63,017 bases of DNA. It comes from a bacterium (GTDB taxonomy: Bacteria; UBA10199; 2-02-FULL-44-16; DYJF01). Below the pieces are notes generated by a model, which saw nothing but the letters and a program-made list of their open reading frames with translations, searched no databases and was not told the DNA's origin. The number at the start of each line of letters is the position of its first letter. Within the stretch, counting starts at the first letter, position 1. A program made the translations under genes and the position numbers. The stretch lies in NCBI GenBank assembly GCA_041739675.1, contig JBGSNL010000037.1, positions 1 through 63,017 on the forward strand, written 5' to 3'. This document shows, one piece after another, positions 24,961-36,267 of this stretch.

Positions 24961-26655
24961 GTCTTTGATTTCCTGCTTCGGATCGGAAGAAAGTTTCAAT
25001 ACGATATTCTCAAAATGCTTTGCCTGTATTTTTCGTTCGTCCAAACCCGCGATCAACCTCTTCCACGTTGCGTCGTTTATAGATCCCAAGTTGTGGCCTT
25101 GTCTTTCGAGCGATCTTTTTGTCTGTCCGATGATGCGGCCGGCGAGTTTCATGTCCGCATCCGCCCGGGCAAGCTCTTCGATTAAACCAAGGTGGCGGGA
25201 AAGCGCCAGATATTCGATTGTATCTTCCGGCAGTCCGTAGGACCTGAGTCTTTTCTCCACTTCATATGTTTTTTCAGGCAGGCCGATCTTTATCGAATCG
25301 GCGCGCGCAGGCAGGATTCTCAAAGGAGGATGATCCGTGTCTGGATACATCCTGTCAGCGCCAGGGAGTATTCTCTCAAAATCGGTTAACCCCACCTGCA
25401 GGTGCTGGCGGGTTTCGTTGGGCACGCCGTCAAAGGCATCGATGAAGCGGTCGCGAATCTCGTTGCACGCGGTGACGGTATCTTTTTCCAGGCCCCACGT
25501 AACGATGACGGCGTCTTTATCCTGAACGCGAAACACATTTCTTATACGCCTCAGATCTATGTGGGCGCCGACATAATCGGGGTAATGGTCTGTGTGAAAA
25601 AGATTGGGTATCTGGTCGAGGCAGGCGATGACGCGAATGCGGCCGGAGATCTCGTGCGCAAAGGTCTTCCCCGGTTGCGTCTTCCAGTTGAGAAGACCCT
25701 CTATTCCTGAAATCTTGATTCCGCGAATATGAAATCCCTTTTTAATGGCATTCTGTAATATTTCAGAGCGCGTGTTTTTCAGATCTTCGGTCAGGTCGCG
25801 CTGCTCGGACTTTAAGGCTTCCTTTGTCAGTCCGCGCCGGAGGAGTTCATCTTTAAGGTCAATGAGAGAGCGCTGGCGCAGCGCCTCCGTTCTTGTGAGC
25901 GCGGCGATGAACTGATAACGGGGCACACCCTTGATTTCAACCCTACATCCACCGTCGATCGAAACATTTACATCTTGTCTTACCGCCCCTATTCCGCGCC
26001 GGACTTTTCCCGTCGCGCGCAAAAGTCTTCCGATTGCTTTTACGCCCAGCGCCGCCTCTTCCGGTGTTTCAAAGTCCGGTTCAGTTACGACCTCAATGAG
26101 GGGCATGCCGAGACGATCGGTGCGATAAGTTATCGTGTGGCCGTCGTCTGTTACTTCGCGGCAGGCGTCCTCTTCGATTGATAGCTGCCTCACGCGGATG
26201 CGTTTCAATGGTGTATCGATAAATCCGTTTATCCCGACAATCGCCGTCCTTTGAAATCCCGTGGGGATCGAGCCGTCGAGGTACTGTTTTCTCGCGATGT
26301 GCATTTCATCCACGACCTGGCAATTTAAAAGAAGAGCGATTTCAATAGCGATGTCCAGTGCATCCTGGTTGATGGGGAAGGGAGGTGTGTCGTCCATCTC
26401 GTAGGTGCACACACTCTCTTTGTTCAAAAGATAGACAATCTCTTTTTTCGTTTTGAATTCCATCAACGCGCAGCCGTCGTAGACCCCCATCTCGGAAAGT
26501 GTGGGGCGCATGTGTCTTATTATTTCGGCGTCGTGACGGTTTGAGTAAAGACCCGCGGGGCAGCGGCAAAAGAGCTTTCTGGAGGTCAAAAGCTGCTGAT
26601 GAATTTCAACGCCGCACTTGAAACCCAAGTATTTAACGTCTTCTCGCTCACTCAT
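24874..26655 (-). CDS. gatE: archaeal-type Glu-tRNA(Gln) amidotransferase subunit E
   Basis: GVEIHQQL, KLFCRCP, RPTLSEMG, DGSIPTGFQRT, EEDACR, DRLGMPLIEV, RGIGAVRQDVNVSI, RVEIKGV, PGADRMYPDTD. Confidence 0.9.
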   Translation of the reverse strand: MSEREDVKYLGFKCGVEIHQQLLTSRKLFCRCPAGLYSNRHDAEIIRHMRPTLSEMGVYDGCALMEFKTKKEIVYLLNKESVCTYEMDDTPPFPINQDALDIAIEIALLLNCQVVDEMHIARKQYLDGSIPTGFQRTAIVGINGFIDTPLKRIRVRQLSIEEDACREVTDDGHTITYRTDRLGMPLIEVVTEPDFETPEEAALGVKAIGRLLRATGKVRRGIGAVRQDVNVSIDGGCRVEIKGVPRYQFIAALTRTEALRQRSLIDLKDELLRRGLTKEALKSEQRDLTEDLKNTRSEILQNAIKKGFHIRGIKISGIEGLLNWKTQPGKTFAHEISGRIRVIACLDQIPNLFHTDHYPDYVGAHIDLRRIRNVFRVQDKDAVIVTWGLEKDTVTACNEIRDRFIDAFDGVPNETRQHLQVGLTDFERILPGADRMYPDTDHPPLRILPARADSIKIGLPEKTYEVEKRLRSYGLPEDTIEYLALSRHLGLIEELARADADMKLAGRIIGQTKRSLERQGHNLGSINDATWKRLIAGLDERKIQAKHFENIVLKLSSDPKQEIKDLLDGFTAAFSPAEYPADNNGAQKDRRHP

Positions 26656-26833
26656 GACGCGCCCGTCATAGTAAAATCGGCATTTGAATTCAATTAGAAA
26701 GGCGCGCCGGCGAGGCGACATCAATTTGACACGGGGAGGGTTAAACGTTACCCGCCAAACTTTTTCCAACGAGAAAACAGACTATAAAGTAGTGAATTAT
26801 AAAGAACTATTGAAAAGAGGCACAAAACACTTA

Positions 26834-26850
26834 TGGCACGCGTATTGCTT
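26834..26850 (+). promoter_or_regulatory. sigma54 (-24/-12) promoter
   Basis: TGGCACGCGTATTGCTT matches TGGCAC-N5-TTGC, about 30 nt before ATG 26879. Confidence 0.8.
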
Positions 26851-26878
26851 ATTAGTGGATGGGAAGGCGGTGGTTATT

Positions 26879-28318
26879 ATGAAGAGAAAAAATATAAATA
26901 ACCTCTTATGGGTAGTTTTCGCACTTCTTTTTATAGCGGGCTGCGGCCCGAGCGGCGCGATTGGAACCGATGCGACGATTACGCCGACCGGTTTTGCCGT
27001 TGATCTATTGTGCAACGGCGCGGCCTGTGGAGAAGATGTTGCGGCAGACGCAATAATCGGCGTGAAGATAACACCGGCAGTCGAAGCATCGACATTTACA
27101 ACGGTTCTCAGCTGCGACGGCGCAGATTACCCCCTGACGCTAGCGGGCCAGGAAGCGGTAGAAGATTCGATGCTCTTCAGCTTCACGCACGCAACAATCC
27201 CGCAAGTGAGGCCCTGCACAGTCGCCGTCAGTTTTGTGGATGCGGTCAAGAGTCTTTATGGAGATCCCGAGACACCGGCGACGGTGGATTTCACGATAGC
27301 TTGCGATCCCGCGGGCTCGGATGATTTCAGCTATGCGCCGACGCTCGAAAAATGCTGGAAGGCGGCGCTGATATCGAGCGGGGCCAAGCAACAGGCAGGA
27401 ATGGGTCAGGTCGGTGGAAAAGCTATCGGAGCAACCTCGCCCATCGTCGGGAACAGTTTCGACGATCTGCGGGCGGCGGGTGTGACGGCGGAGATCAAAG
27501 ACGGAGCGCTTCAGATAACGACCGCCACGGGGACCGATCTTACGACAATGTTCGTTATGATCTACAAGTCATTTGACGGACCCGATATGCCTGAAATAAC
27601 CGCGCAGCTTGCAGATGACGGCTTCGATCTGCGGCCGATGTTGGATCTGAACAATCGGCTCGTATATTACGCAAACGAGATGTATGCGGTCGTAACCGCA
27701 GATAACGCCAGCCTTGCGGATACATGCACGTTCAACATGAGTGTGAAGGGACTCCCGGGGAACCTTACGATGGGCGGAGGTGGAGGAGGAATGGGCCAAC
27801 CGGTGGAGCCGCCGGCGTACTTCGGCGAGAACGACTGGCCCGGCATCAAATTTATATCAGTGCAGCAATCAGTCCAGCAGGCGATGATGAACAATTCGAG
27901 TCTAACTGAAGGCGGGTGCGGTTTTGAGACGACAGACAACGCGGAAGCGTTGATGACGAAAATTAACGCCAGGACTAACGCTGTAAGGCAGAGCATACCG
28001 GTGGACTGCACTTATGAAACGGCATCAATATGGACCGCCGGGGAGTATGGCGGCGTGGAGGCAAGGGGATATGCATATGGTTCCGGCATGGCGATGCAGG
28101 ATCACGTGTGGCAAGACAAGTTTGGGCAGTATAGTACAGTGGGAAGCGACTTCTTTGAGACGGCGGCAGGAACTGTCGTGGGGTTCATGTACACGTCCCA
28201 ATTTGACTCCACTAAATTCCCGGTAGTCAAGGGGGAGGCGCCGCCGCCAGAGTTCGTGCCCTTCAAGCTCATCGTTGACGACGTACAAATCAAAGGGCCG
28301 GTGGCCAACTATGAATAG
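26879..28318 (+). CDS. hypothetical lipoprotein
   Basis: Signal peptide with lipobox (FIAG-C); Cys-containing N-terminal region; poly-Gly linker; no family recognised. Confidence 0.75.
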   Translation: MKRKNINNLLWVVFALLFIAGCGPSGAIGTDATITPTGFAVDLLCNGAACGEDVAADAIIGVKITPAVEASTFTTVLSCDGADYPLTLAGQEAVEDSMLFSFTHATIPQVRPCTVAVSFVDAVKSLYGDPETPATVDFTIACDPAGSDDFSYAPTLEKCWKAALISSGAKQQAGMGQVGGKAIGATSPIVGNSFDDLRAAGVTAEIKDGALQITTATGTDLTTMFVMIYKSFDGPDMPEITAQLADDGFDLRPMLDLNNRLVYYANEMYAVVTADNASLADTCTFNMSVKGLPGNLTMGGGGGGMGQPVEPPAYFGENDWPGIKFISVQQSVQQAMMNNSSLTEGGCGFETTDNAEALMTKINARTNAVRQSIPVDCTYETASIWTAGEYGGVEARGYAYGSGMAMQDHVWQDKFGQYSTVGSDFFETAAGTVVGFMYTSQFDSTKFPVVKGEAPPPEFVPFKLIVDDVQIKGPVANYE

Positions 28319-28334
28319 GTGGAAAATGAGAAAG

Positions 28335-28370
28335 AAAACCCGGGTTGCAGTTTTGGGACCCGGGTTTTTT
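28335..28370 (+). terminator. intrinsic terminator
   Basis: AAAACCCGGGT...ACCCGGGTTTTTT after the lipoprotein gene. Confidence 0.75.
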
Positions 28371-28412
28371 ATTGCTTGCAAACCGTGATGAGACCTGTAA
28401 ATAACGCCTGCC

Positions 28413-29798
28413 ATGGATGAGTCCGCGGAGTACAAAGGCTACCGCGACAGGGGCCTGGAAATTTTAAAACGCTTCGGCGTCAAGGTATGGAGCGACGTCG
28501 AGATTGAAACAACGAAGGGAAAGTTTGAAGGTTTGATCCTGCCCCGATCTTCAACCGAAGATCCGTTTCATATCGTCATCAAGATGAAAAGCGGCTACAA
28601 TACCGGCATTCACGTCGACAACATCACTAAAATAATCCAGGTCGGATATCGCGAAGGGAAATATCAAATCCCCGAAAAGGAATTTCCCACGGATTCAAGA
28701 AAACCCAACGTAACGCTTTTGGGCACCGGCGGTACGATAGCGTCGCGGCTCGATTACACGACGGGCGCTGTTATCCCCGCGTTTTCTCCGGGGGAGCTCT
28801 ACGGTGCGGTCCCCGAGCTTGCCGACGTCTGCAACCTCACGACGAAAAAGCTCTTTGGTGTATTTTCGGAAAACATGGGGCCGTCGCAGTACAAGAAGCT
28901 CGCCGAAGAAATAGGAAACGAAATCAAAAATGGTGTGAGCGGAATCGTGATCGGCCACGGCACGGACACGATGCACCATACCGCGTCCATCATCTCTTTC
29001 ATGGTGCAGGATTCTCCGGTGCCGATAATTCTTGTGGGGAGCCAAAGGTCAAGCGATCGTCCGTCTTCTGATGCGGCGCGAAACCTTCTCAATGCAACAT
29101 ATGCCGCCGCGCATTCGGATATCGCCGAGACAATGGTCTGCATGTTTGGGCCCACGTCGGACGACTACGATCTTTTGCACCCCGGGACGCGTGTGAGAAA
29201 GATGCATTCAAGCTACCGTTCAACATTCCGAACGATAGGCGAAATCCCCATCGCTATGGTTTGGCCCGATAGATACGTCCCTCTAAGAGACTATAAAAAG
29301 AGACGAAGGGACCGGAACGTAAAAATCGACACGGCGTATGAAGAGAAGGTCGCGATCCTCTATTATTATCCGAACATGCTCCCGGACATGGTCGATTCGC
29401 TGGTAGACAACGGTTACAAGGGAATTGTCATAGCGGGAACGGGACTTGGCCACGTAAACTCTGCGCTTAACCCGTCACTTCAGCGCGCAATCGACAAGGG
29501 AATCATCGTAGTCATGACGGTCCAGACGCTCTGGGGTTACGTGCACATGAACGTTTACGATACGGGGCGCTATCTTTTGGAGTTGGGAATTGTTCCCTGC
29601 GAGAACATGCTTCCAGAAACGGCCTACATGAAATTGTGCTGGGTGCTGGGCCACACAACCGATCGTGAAAAAGTTCGCGAGATGATGCTGACGCCGATCG
29701 CCGGCGAGATCACGCTGCGCGAGCCGCATAACGGCTATCTCATTTATCAGGGTGGAATTCCTGAAGTGGAAAGATTTTTGGCGGCCTATAAAAAGTAG
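28413..29798 (+). CDS. gatD: archaeal-type Glu-tRNA(Gln) amidotransferase subunit D
   Basis: N-terminal GatD-type domain (VIKMKSGYNTGI) plus asparaginase domain TGGTIASRLDY, HGTDTM, GSQRSSDRPSSD, RKMHSS, GTGLGHV, MLPETAY. Confidence 0.9.
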   Translation: MDESAEYKGYRDRGLEILKRFGVKVWSDVEIETTKGKFEGLILPRSSTEDPFHIVIKMKSGYNTGIHVDNITKIIQVGYREGKYQIPEKEFPTDSRKPNVTLLGTGGTIASRLDYTTGAVIPAFSPGELYGAVPELADVCNLTTKKLFGVFSENMGPSQYKKLAEEIGNEIKNGVSGIVIGHGTDTMHHTASIISFMVQDSPVPIILVGSQRSSDRPSSDAARNLLNATYAAAHSDIAETMVCMFGPTSDDYDLLHPGTRVRKMHSSYRSTFRTIGEIPIAMVWPDRYVPLRDYKKRRRDRNVKIDTAYEEKVAILYYYPNMLPDMVDSLVDNGYKGIVIAGTGLGHVNSALNPSLQRAIDKGIIVVMTVQTLWGYVHMNVYDTGRYLLELGIVPCENMLPETAYMKLCWVLGHTTDREKVREMMLTPIAGEITLREPHNGYLIYQGGIPEVERFLAAYKK

Positions 29799-29801
29799 TT
29801 T

Positions 29802-30788
29802 CTATTCCTCATCAATTGCAAAATAGATCATCGCCGCGGCGGATGCGCCCTTGAGCCACGAAGTTTCCGTGTTGTCGTAGGCAACGCCAAGGGTGAGTGA
29901 GTCGCCCTTCTTGATTTTCACGCCGGCGGGATCTTCAAAGGGGTTGTTGGTCAGCTCCTCGATGCGGTGATTTTCATCCAGGATCGCATCGGCCTTCCAG
30001 AAGGGCGTTACATCTTTCCCCTTCGTGATTTCGACAAACGCGCCGTGATCGGCGATGAGCCCGTGCGCAACGACCATGTTTCCCCCGACGGGCATCGTGA
30101 AGGTAGCCTGTCTTTTCACGAATTTTTGAGGCTCAACCGGAACCGGGTTGTGCGAGCACGGCTCAATATCCAGAAGCATGGGCTTAACATCTTTCATGCC
30201 CGTGAATTCATTCATCGGTTTTGCAATCACATTGAGCTCGAACGAGACGTCGACATAATTTTCGGAGGTTGGATTATAAAGGACGACCTTTGCTTCAAGC
30301 GGATCTTCGGCAAGGACCGGATAACCGAAACCTTCCGGAAGGTTTATTTTTGTAAGCATGGAGCTTGCGGCGACGAAGGGGTTTCCGCCCGTGCCCTCCG
30401 CGCAGACCGAATTTTCCTCATGCATGTTCGATACGATCGCCTGATGAAGAAGTGCGGCCGGCAGCGTTTGGCCCGTCGCATCGATCACCTTGGGTTCGAA
30501 ACCGATGATCCACAACGGCTGATCGGCCTGAAATTTCATGACGAGCGGTTTGTCGAGCATCGTTTCAAGGGAGGTGTTCGCCGGCAGGTCGACCGGCCCC
30601 ACGTGATAGATCAGATGAAGGATACCAGCCTCTTTTGCCAGCTGCTCATTGACCGCGCTATCATCGCTGCCCGCCTGAGGGGTTTCTTCGGGTGTAACAA
30701 ATTCCGGCTCGCCCCCCTTGGAGCAACCGGCACTATAAATGGTCGAAAGGGCAAAAAGGACCGTTAAAATTGTCTGTTGTAGTTTCAT
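29802..30788 (-). CDS. lipoprotein with possible copper type II monooxygenase (PHM)-like fold
   Basis: Lipobox YSAG-C; two beta-rich domains with LLHQAIV, VAHGLIADHG and YDN motifs. Start 30788 or 30797; the ORF-track N-terminal extension is antisense to groES. Confidence 0.5.
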   Translation of the reverse strand: MKLQQTILTVLFALSTIYSAGCSKGGEPEFVTPEETPQAGSDDSAVNEQLAKEAGILHLIYHVGPVDLPANTSLETMLDKPLVMKFQADQPLWIIGFEPKVIDATGQTLPAALLHQAIVSNMHEENSVCAEGTGGNPFVAASSMLTKINLPEGFGYPVLAEDPLEAKVVLYNPTSENYVDVSFELNVIAKPMNEFTGMKDVKPMLLDIEPCSHNPVPVEPQKFVKRQATFTMPVGGNMVVAHGLIADHGAFVEITKGKDVTPFWKADAILDENHRIEELTNNPFEDPAGVKIKKGDSLTLGVAYDNTETSWLKGASAAAMIYFAIDEE

Positions 30789-30953
30789 GCGGCGCATCTT
30801 ACGGAAATCACTTAAGATTCCAATACGCACCGTTCCATAGAACTTGCCGCGCTGTGTCGTATAAGATTCACACCACGCCACGCGACCGGAAAATCCAAGA
30901 CACCCCTTGACAGTGTGCATATGAATCACATATAGCTCCGCAGCCAAAGCTGG

Positions 30954-30980
30954 TTGGCACTCTCGTGGTGAGAGTGCTAC
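30954..30980 (+). promoter_or_regulatory. CIRCE element (HrcA operator)
   Basis: TTGGCACTC-N9-GAGTGCTAC downstream of a TTGACA (30907)...TATAGC promoter, upstream of groES. Confidence 0.92.
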
Positions 30981-31002
30981 TGCCTTGATAAATAAATAAA
31001 AA

Positions 31003-31027
31003 GCCCGCCACCAAAACGTAGGTGGGC
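31003..31027 (+). repeat. SD-adjacent hairpin motif, copy 1 (groES)
   Basis: GCCCGCC-accaaaacgta-GGTGGGC immediately followed by AAGGAGGG and ATG 31042. Confidence 0.75.
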
Positions 31028-31041
31028 AAGGAGGGTGGAAT

Positions 31042-31338
31042 ATGGCACAGCTGAAATTTCGTCCACTGCAAGACAGGATCCTGGTCAGACGCTTGACTGA
31101 AGAGCAGAAGACCAAGGGCGGCATCATCATTCCCGACTCGGCAAAAGAGAAGCCGCAGGAAGGCGAAGTGATGGCCATCGGCAACGGCAAGCTTTTGGAG
31201 ACGGGCAAGATCCAGCCGCTCGATGTGAAGATCGGCGACAAGGTTCTCTTCTCCAAGTACACGGGAAGCGACGTTAAGATCGAAGGCGAAGAGTACATCA
31301 TTATGCGCGAGGACGACGTCTTGGGCGTTGTCATCTAA
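31042..31338 (+). CDS. groES: co-chaperonin GroES
   Basis: [24 protein letters not shown]. Confidence 0.98.
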   Translation: MAQLKFRPLQDRILVRRLTEEQKTKGGIIIPDSAKEKPQEGEVMAIGNGKLLETGKIQPLDVKIGDKVLFSKYTGSDVKIEGEEYIIMREDDVLGVVI

Positions 31339-31359
31339 AAACGTAACCCACTTTTTTAA

Positions 31360-33000
<1,641 letters not shown>

Positions 33001-33034
33001 AAGCGTAGAGCGAAAAGCTAAAAGCGCAAAATTT

Positions 33035-33070
33035 AAGACCCGTCACGAATCTGTGACGGGTCTTTTATTT
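33035..33070 (+). terminator. intrinsic terminator of groESL
   Basis: AAGACCCGTCAC-gaatct-GTGACGGGTCTTTT. Confidence 0.85.
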
Positions 33071-33123
33071 GGCGTTGTTTGCTTGACCCCTGTAAAATCA
33101 ACATGTTATTATGTTCCGACCTC

Positions 33124-34860
33124 ATGGGGTGCAAAACAAAAATCAAAATCTTTTTGTCGGTTGCGGCACTTGCCGGAATATTTTTTGCGACAGCTGCGTC
33201 CGCCCTTGATTTCTCGTCCCACGGCTATTACCGCACGCGCGTTGTTGGCCTTCAGGATGTAGATCTCCAAAGCACAAACAACTCCCTGGCAAACGACAAC
33301 GACCGCATGGGATTTGTGACATACAACCAGATGCGCCTCCGCCTTGAGCCCGACCTCAAGATAAACGACAATCTTTCCATTCAGGCGGAGATCGACGTTC
33401 TCGACAACGTCCTCTACGGAACCAAGGACACCAAACAGCTCAACATCCTCTCGCCGCTGGTCGGCACGCTGACAATGCCAGCCGGCGCGGGGTCGTTTTG
33501 GATGACGGGCGGCGAGGCGGGCGATCAGAAGGCTATCAACGTGAGAAGGGTCTGGGCGGACATACTGACCCCCGTAGGAGAATTCAGAATAGGCCGGCAG
33601 CCGTCGCACTGGGGTTTGGGTATATTCCAGAACGACGGCGAGGATCGCCAGTCGGATTTTGGCGACACGGCCGATCGCATACTTTATCTGCTTCAATATG
33701 ACATAGCTAAGGTGGGCGCGTTCACCGCCGGCCTCATGTGGGATATTCCATTCGAGGAGCAAACCGATCAGAGGATCGGCTACGGCGACAGGGTGCAGGA
33801 AAACGCGATGCCCGGCGCTTCACGCAATCTCCAGCAATATGCGGCAATTCTGATGCTCGACAATCCCAAGTATACGGTCGGCGTATTTGGCGGTTTAAGG
33901 AGAAGAAACGGCTCTGAAGGCGCCGGCACGATGTTTGTTCAAGATGCGTTGCAAAATGTGGTCTTTGCAGGCTTGGACGGCAACACGATGCTTTATTTTG
34001 CCGATCTTTACGCGCGGTATCAGTATAATAATTACAAGTTCCAGCTTGAGGGCGTGTATGTCGGCGGTAAGGTGACCACCGGGCTTGCCGTCGATGCCAT
34101 TCCATTTCAAGGCCTGGGTCCCGCCAACCCGGCCAATCCGTGCGGGACGGGTGGTATAATATGTTTGCCTCCGGAACAGTCGATGCAGGTTCTCATGGCT
34201 GCGTTTGAAGCCGGGGCCTCGTACCGCTGGGGCGGGGAATGGGAATTTCAGACCGGATACGCGGAAGGCGACAGCGATCCGCTCTCCGGCAAGATAACGC
34301 AGCTTGGTTTCAGGCCCGATTATCAGATAGCGCTTCTCATGTTCAACAGGCCGATGGGAACGTCGCCTTCTTATTATGGAGAGCCTGCGTACGCCCCCGG
34401 CACAACCGCAAAGCTCGGCGGCGGTCAATGGATCAGCGGAAATTATATAAACAACGCCTTCTACGTCACCGCCGGATATAAACATAAATTCGACATTTCG
34501 AACTCGGTTCCAAGCTGCGACTGGATAAAGGTTGGGGGAAAGCTAATCACGGCGTGGGCGCCCAAGAAGAACGTAAATATAGATTTTGCACAGATAGTGG
34601 GCACGCCCAACCTGCCAACGATTTCAGAGACCGCGGACAGCATGTTCTCACGGTGGTATGGTTTCGAGTTTGATTTCATCGCCGAGGCCAAATTTTTTGA
34701 GCATTTGTATACCTCTCTTGAGGGAGGCGTTTTGTTCCCGGGCAGGGAGTACAATACGGAGGTTGGCGTCATAGATCCCGGCGGGCTCATCGAACCCATA
34801 CCTTACGATCGCGCCCAGATAGGCTGGGGAGGGCGCATCACGGCAATCCTGGAGTTTTAA
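33124..34860 (+). CDS. outer-membrane beta-barrel protein (TIGR04551-like, tentative)
   Basis: Signal peptide; HGYYRTR, MRLRLEP, INVRRVWA, GRQPSHWGLGI; C-terminal Phe. Confidence 0.65.
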   Translation: MGCKTKIKIFLSVAALAGIFFATAASALDFSSHGYYRTRVVGLQDVDLQSTNNSLANDNDRMGFVTYNQMRLRLEPDLKINDNLSIQAEIDVLDNVLYGTKDTKQLNILSPLVGTLTMPAGAGSFWMTGGEAGDQKAINVRRVWADILTPVGEFRIGRQPSHWGLGIFQNDGEDRQSDFGDTADRILYLLQYDIAKVGAFTAGLMWDIPFEEQTDQRIGYGDRVQENAMPGASRNLQQYAAILMLDNPKYTVGVFGGLRRRNGSEGAGTMFVQDALQNVVFAGLDGNTMLYFADLYARYQYNNYKFQLEGVYVGGKVTTGLAVDAIPFQGLGPANPANPCGTGGIICLPPEQSMQVLMAAFEAGASYRWGGEWEFQTGYAEGDSDPLSGKITQLGFRPDYQIALLMFNRPMGTSPSYYGEPAYAPGTTAKLGGGQWISGNYINNAFYVTAGYKHKFDISNSVPSCDWIKVGGKLITAWAPKKNVNIDFAQIVGTPNLPTISETADSMFSRWYGFEFDFIAEAKFFEHLYTSLEGGVLFPGREYNTEVGVIDPGGLIEPIPYDRAQIGWGGRITAILEF

Positions 34861-34934
34861 GGGCCATAAATTAGCTTGCGATAATGGGAATTTGAGAATA
34901 GTCTTCGTTGGTTAACTTTTTTCAGGAGAGTGTT

Positions 34935-35198
34935 ATGGGAAAGAAGCTGTTTGTAGGAAACCTTGACTGGTCGGTGAAGGATGAGGATCTCCAGCAGGCG
35001 TTCGGATCTTTTGGCGAGATCACGTCAGCACGTGTCGTCACCGACAGGATGTCAGGGCGTTCGAGAGGATTCGGCTTTGTTGAATTCGCCACAGACGAAG
35101 CGGCCGAAGAGGCAAAGAAGCAGATGAACGGCAAGGACATGAACGGCCGGCCTTTGAGGGTTGATGTGGCGCAAGAGACGACGAAACCCGGGCGCTGA
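34935..35198 (+). CDS. RRM (RNP-1) RNA-binding protein
   Basis: KLFVGNL (RNP2), RGFGFVEF (RNP1). Confidence 0.95.
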   Translation: MGKKLFVGNLDWSVKDEDLQQAFGSFGEITSARVVTDRMSGRSRGFGFVEFATDEAAEEAKKQMNGKDMNGRPLRVDVAQETTKPGR

Positions 35199-35327
35199 CG
35201 ATCATTTCGGCTGACAAAAAACCCCTTTAAAACCACGACGCGGCCCGTCAGGGCATTGACGCAAGACGGCTTGTAGCAGGCGATTGCGGTCACTATATTT
35301 GCGCCTTCTTTATAAAGGAAGGTGGTT

Positions 35328-35981
35328 ATGGTTGAACAATTGATCGGTTTTGCGGCACTGGCCCTGCCCTCGCTTATCATCATCACAAACCCGTTTTCGG
35401 TGGCCACGGTCTTTCTGACGCTGACCCAGTCCCATGACGCTGCGGCCAGGCGCGCCATTGCAAAAAAGGCGTGCAGGACCGCCCTCATAGTGATGGTTCT
35501 TTTTTCGCTTACCGGTACGCTCATATTCAAGGTTTTCTCAATTACGATAGGTGCCTTTCAGATCGCGGGCGGGCTCATCCTTTTCACCGTCGCTATGAAC
35601 ATGCTCCGCGCTTCGGTTCCGCTTCGCTTGAAGCAGACACCGAAGGAACTCAAAGAGGCGATGGCCAAGAACGATCCCTCCATTGTGCCGATCGCAATTC
35701 CCATGATCAGCGGGCCCGGAGCCATCACTACAGTTCTGGTCCTGGCAAGCGATGCGAAAGGTTATTGGGAAGTGCCGATCCTTCTCGTGTGCATCATCAT
35801 TTCTATAGTCATTATATATCAGGTTCTCCTGCATGTACCCCGCATGAGCAAATATCTGGGGACCTCGTTTCTCAATACTCTCAACAGGGTCATGGGGCTC
35901 ATTCTTGCCGCGGTCGCGGTGCAATTCGTCATCAACGGTATCAAGGCCGCACTTCCGGAAATCATGAAGGTCATCCACTGA
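35328..35981 (+). CDS. MarC-family membrane protein
   Basis: ITNPFS, FQIAGGLILF, VPIAIPMISGPGAI, RVMGLILAAVAVQF. Confidence 0.93.
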   Translation: MVEQLIGFAALALPSLIIITNPFSVATVFLTLTQSHDAAARRAIAKKACRTALIVMVLFSLTGTLIFKVFSITIGAFQIAGGLILFTVAMNMLRASVPLRLKQTPKELKEAMAKNDPSIVPIAIPMISGPGAITTVLVLASDAKGYWEVPILLVCIIISIVIIYQVLLHVPRMSKYLGTSFLNTLNRVMGLILAAVAVQFVINGIKAALPEIMKVIH

Positions 35982-35996
35982 CGATATCCTGAAAAT

Positions 35997-36033
35997 AAAA
36001 AGCCCCGACCTGTCAAAAGGCCGGGGCTTTTTT
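35997..36033. terminator. bidirectional intrinsic terminator
   Basis: AAAAAGCCCCG...CGGGGCTTTTTT between convergent genes. Confidence 0.75.
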
Positions 36034-36047
36034 AATGAAGCCTCAAC

Positions 36048-36230
36048 TTACGACTGCGCGCAACGCTTCACGAGCATCACGATTCCAAGGAGAACGGAGA
36101 CAACACCCATCACGATCTGAATGATAGGAGTGCCGCCGAAAACCTGTGACATGCCCGTATTGAGCTGCGGAATCGTGTGCACGAGACCGCCTACCAAGAG
36201 AAACACAGCAGCTATCTTCACGATATCCAT
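36048..36230 (-). CDS. small two-TM membrane protein
   Basis: 60 aa, two hydrophobic helices, strong SD GGGAGG. Confidence 0.7.
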   Translation of the reverse strand: MDIVKIAAVFLLVGGLVHTIPQLNTGMSQVFGGTPIIQIVMGVVSVLLGIVMLVKRCAQS

Positions 36231-36242
36231 ATCTTCCTCCCT

Positions 36243-36267
36243 GCCCGCCGGATTTTTGGTGGCGGGC
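36243..36267 (-). repeat. SD-adjacent hairpin motif, copy 2
   Basis: Minus strand GCCCGCC-accaaaaatcc-GGCGGGC followed by AGGGAGGA and ATG 36230. Confidence 0.75.

Noticed and set aside
30798-31334. N-terminal 180 aa of the 510-aa ORF 29802-31334
   Set aside because: Antisense to groES and its promoter; the lipoprotein signal peptide starts at 30788/30797.
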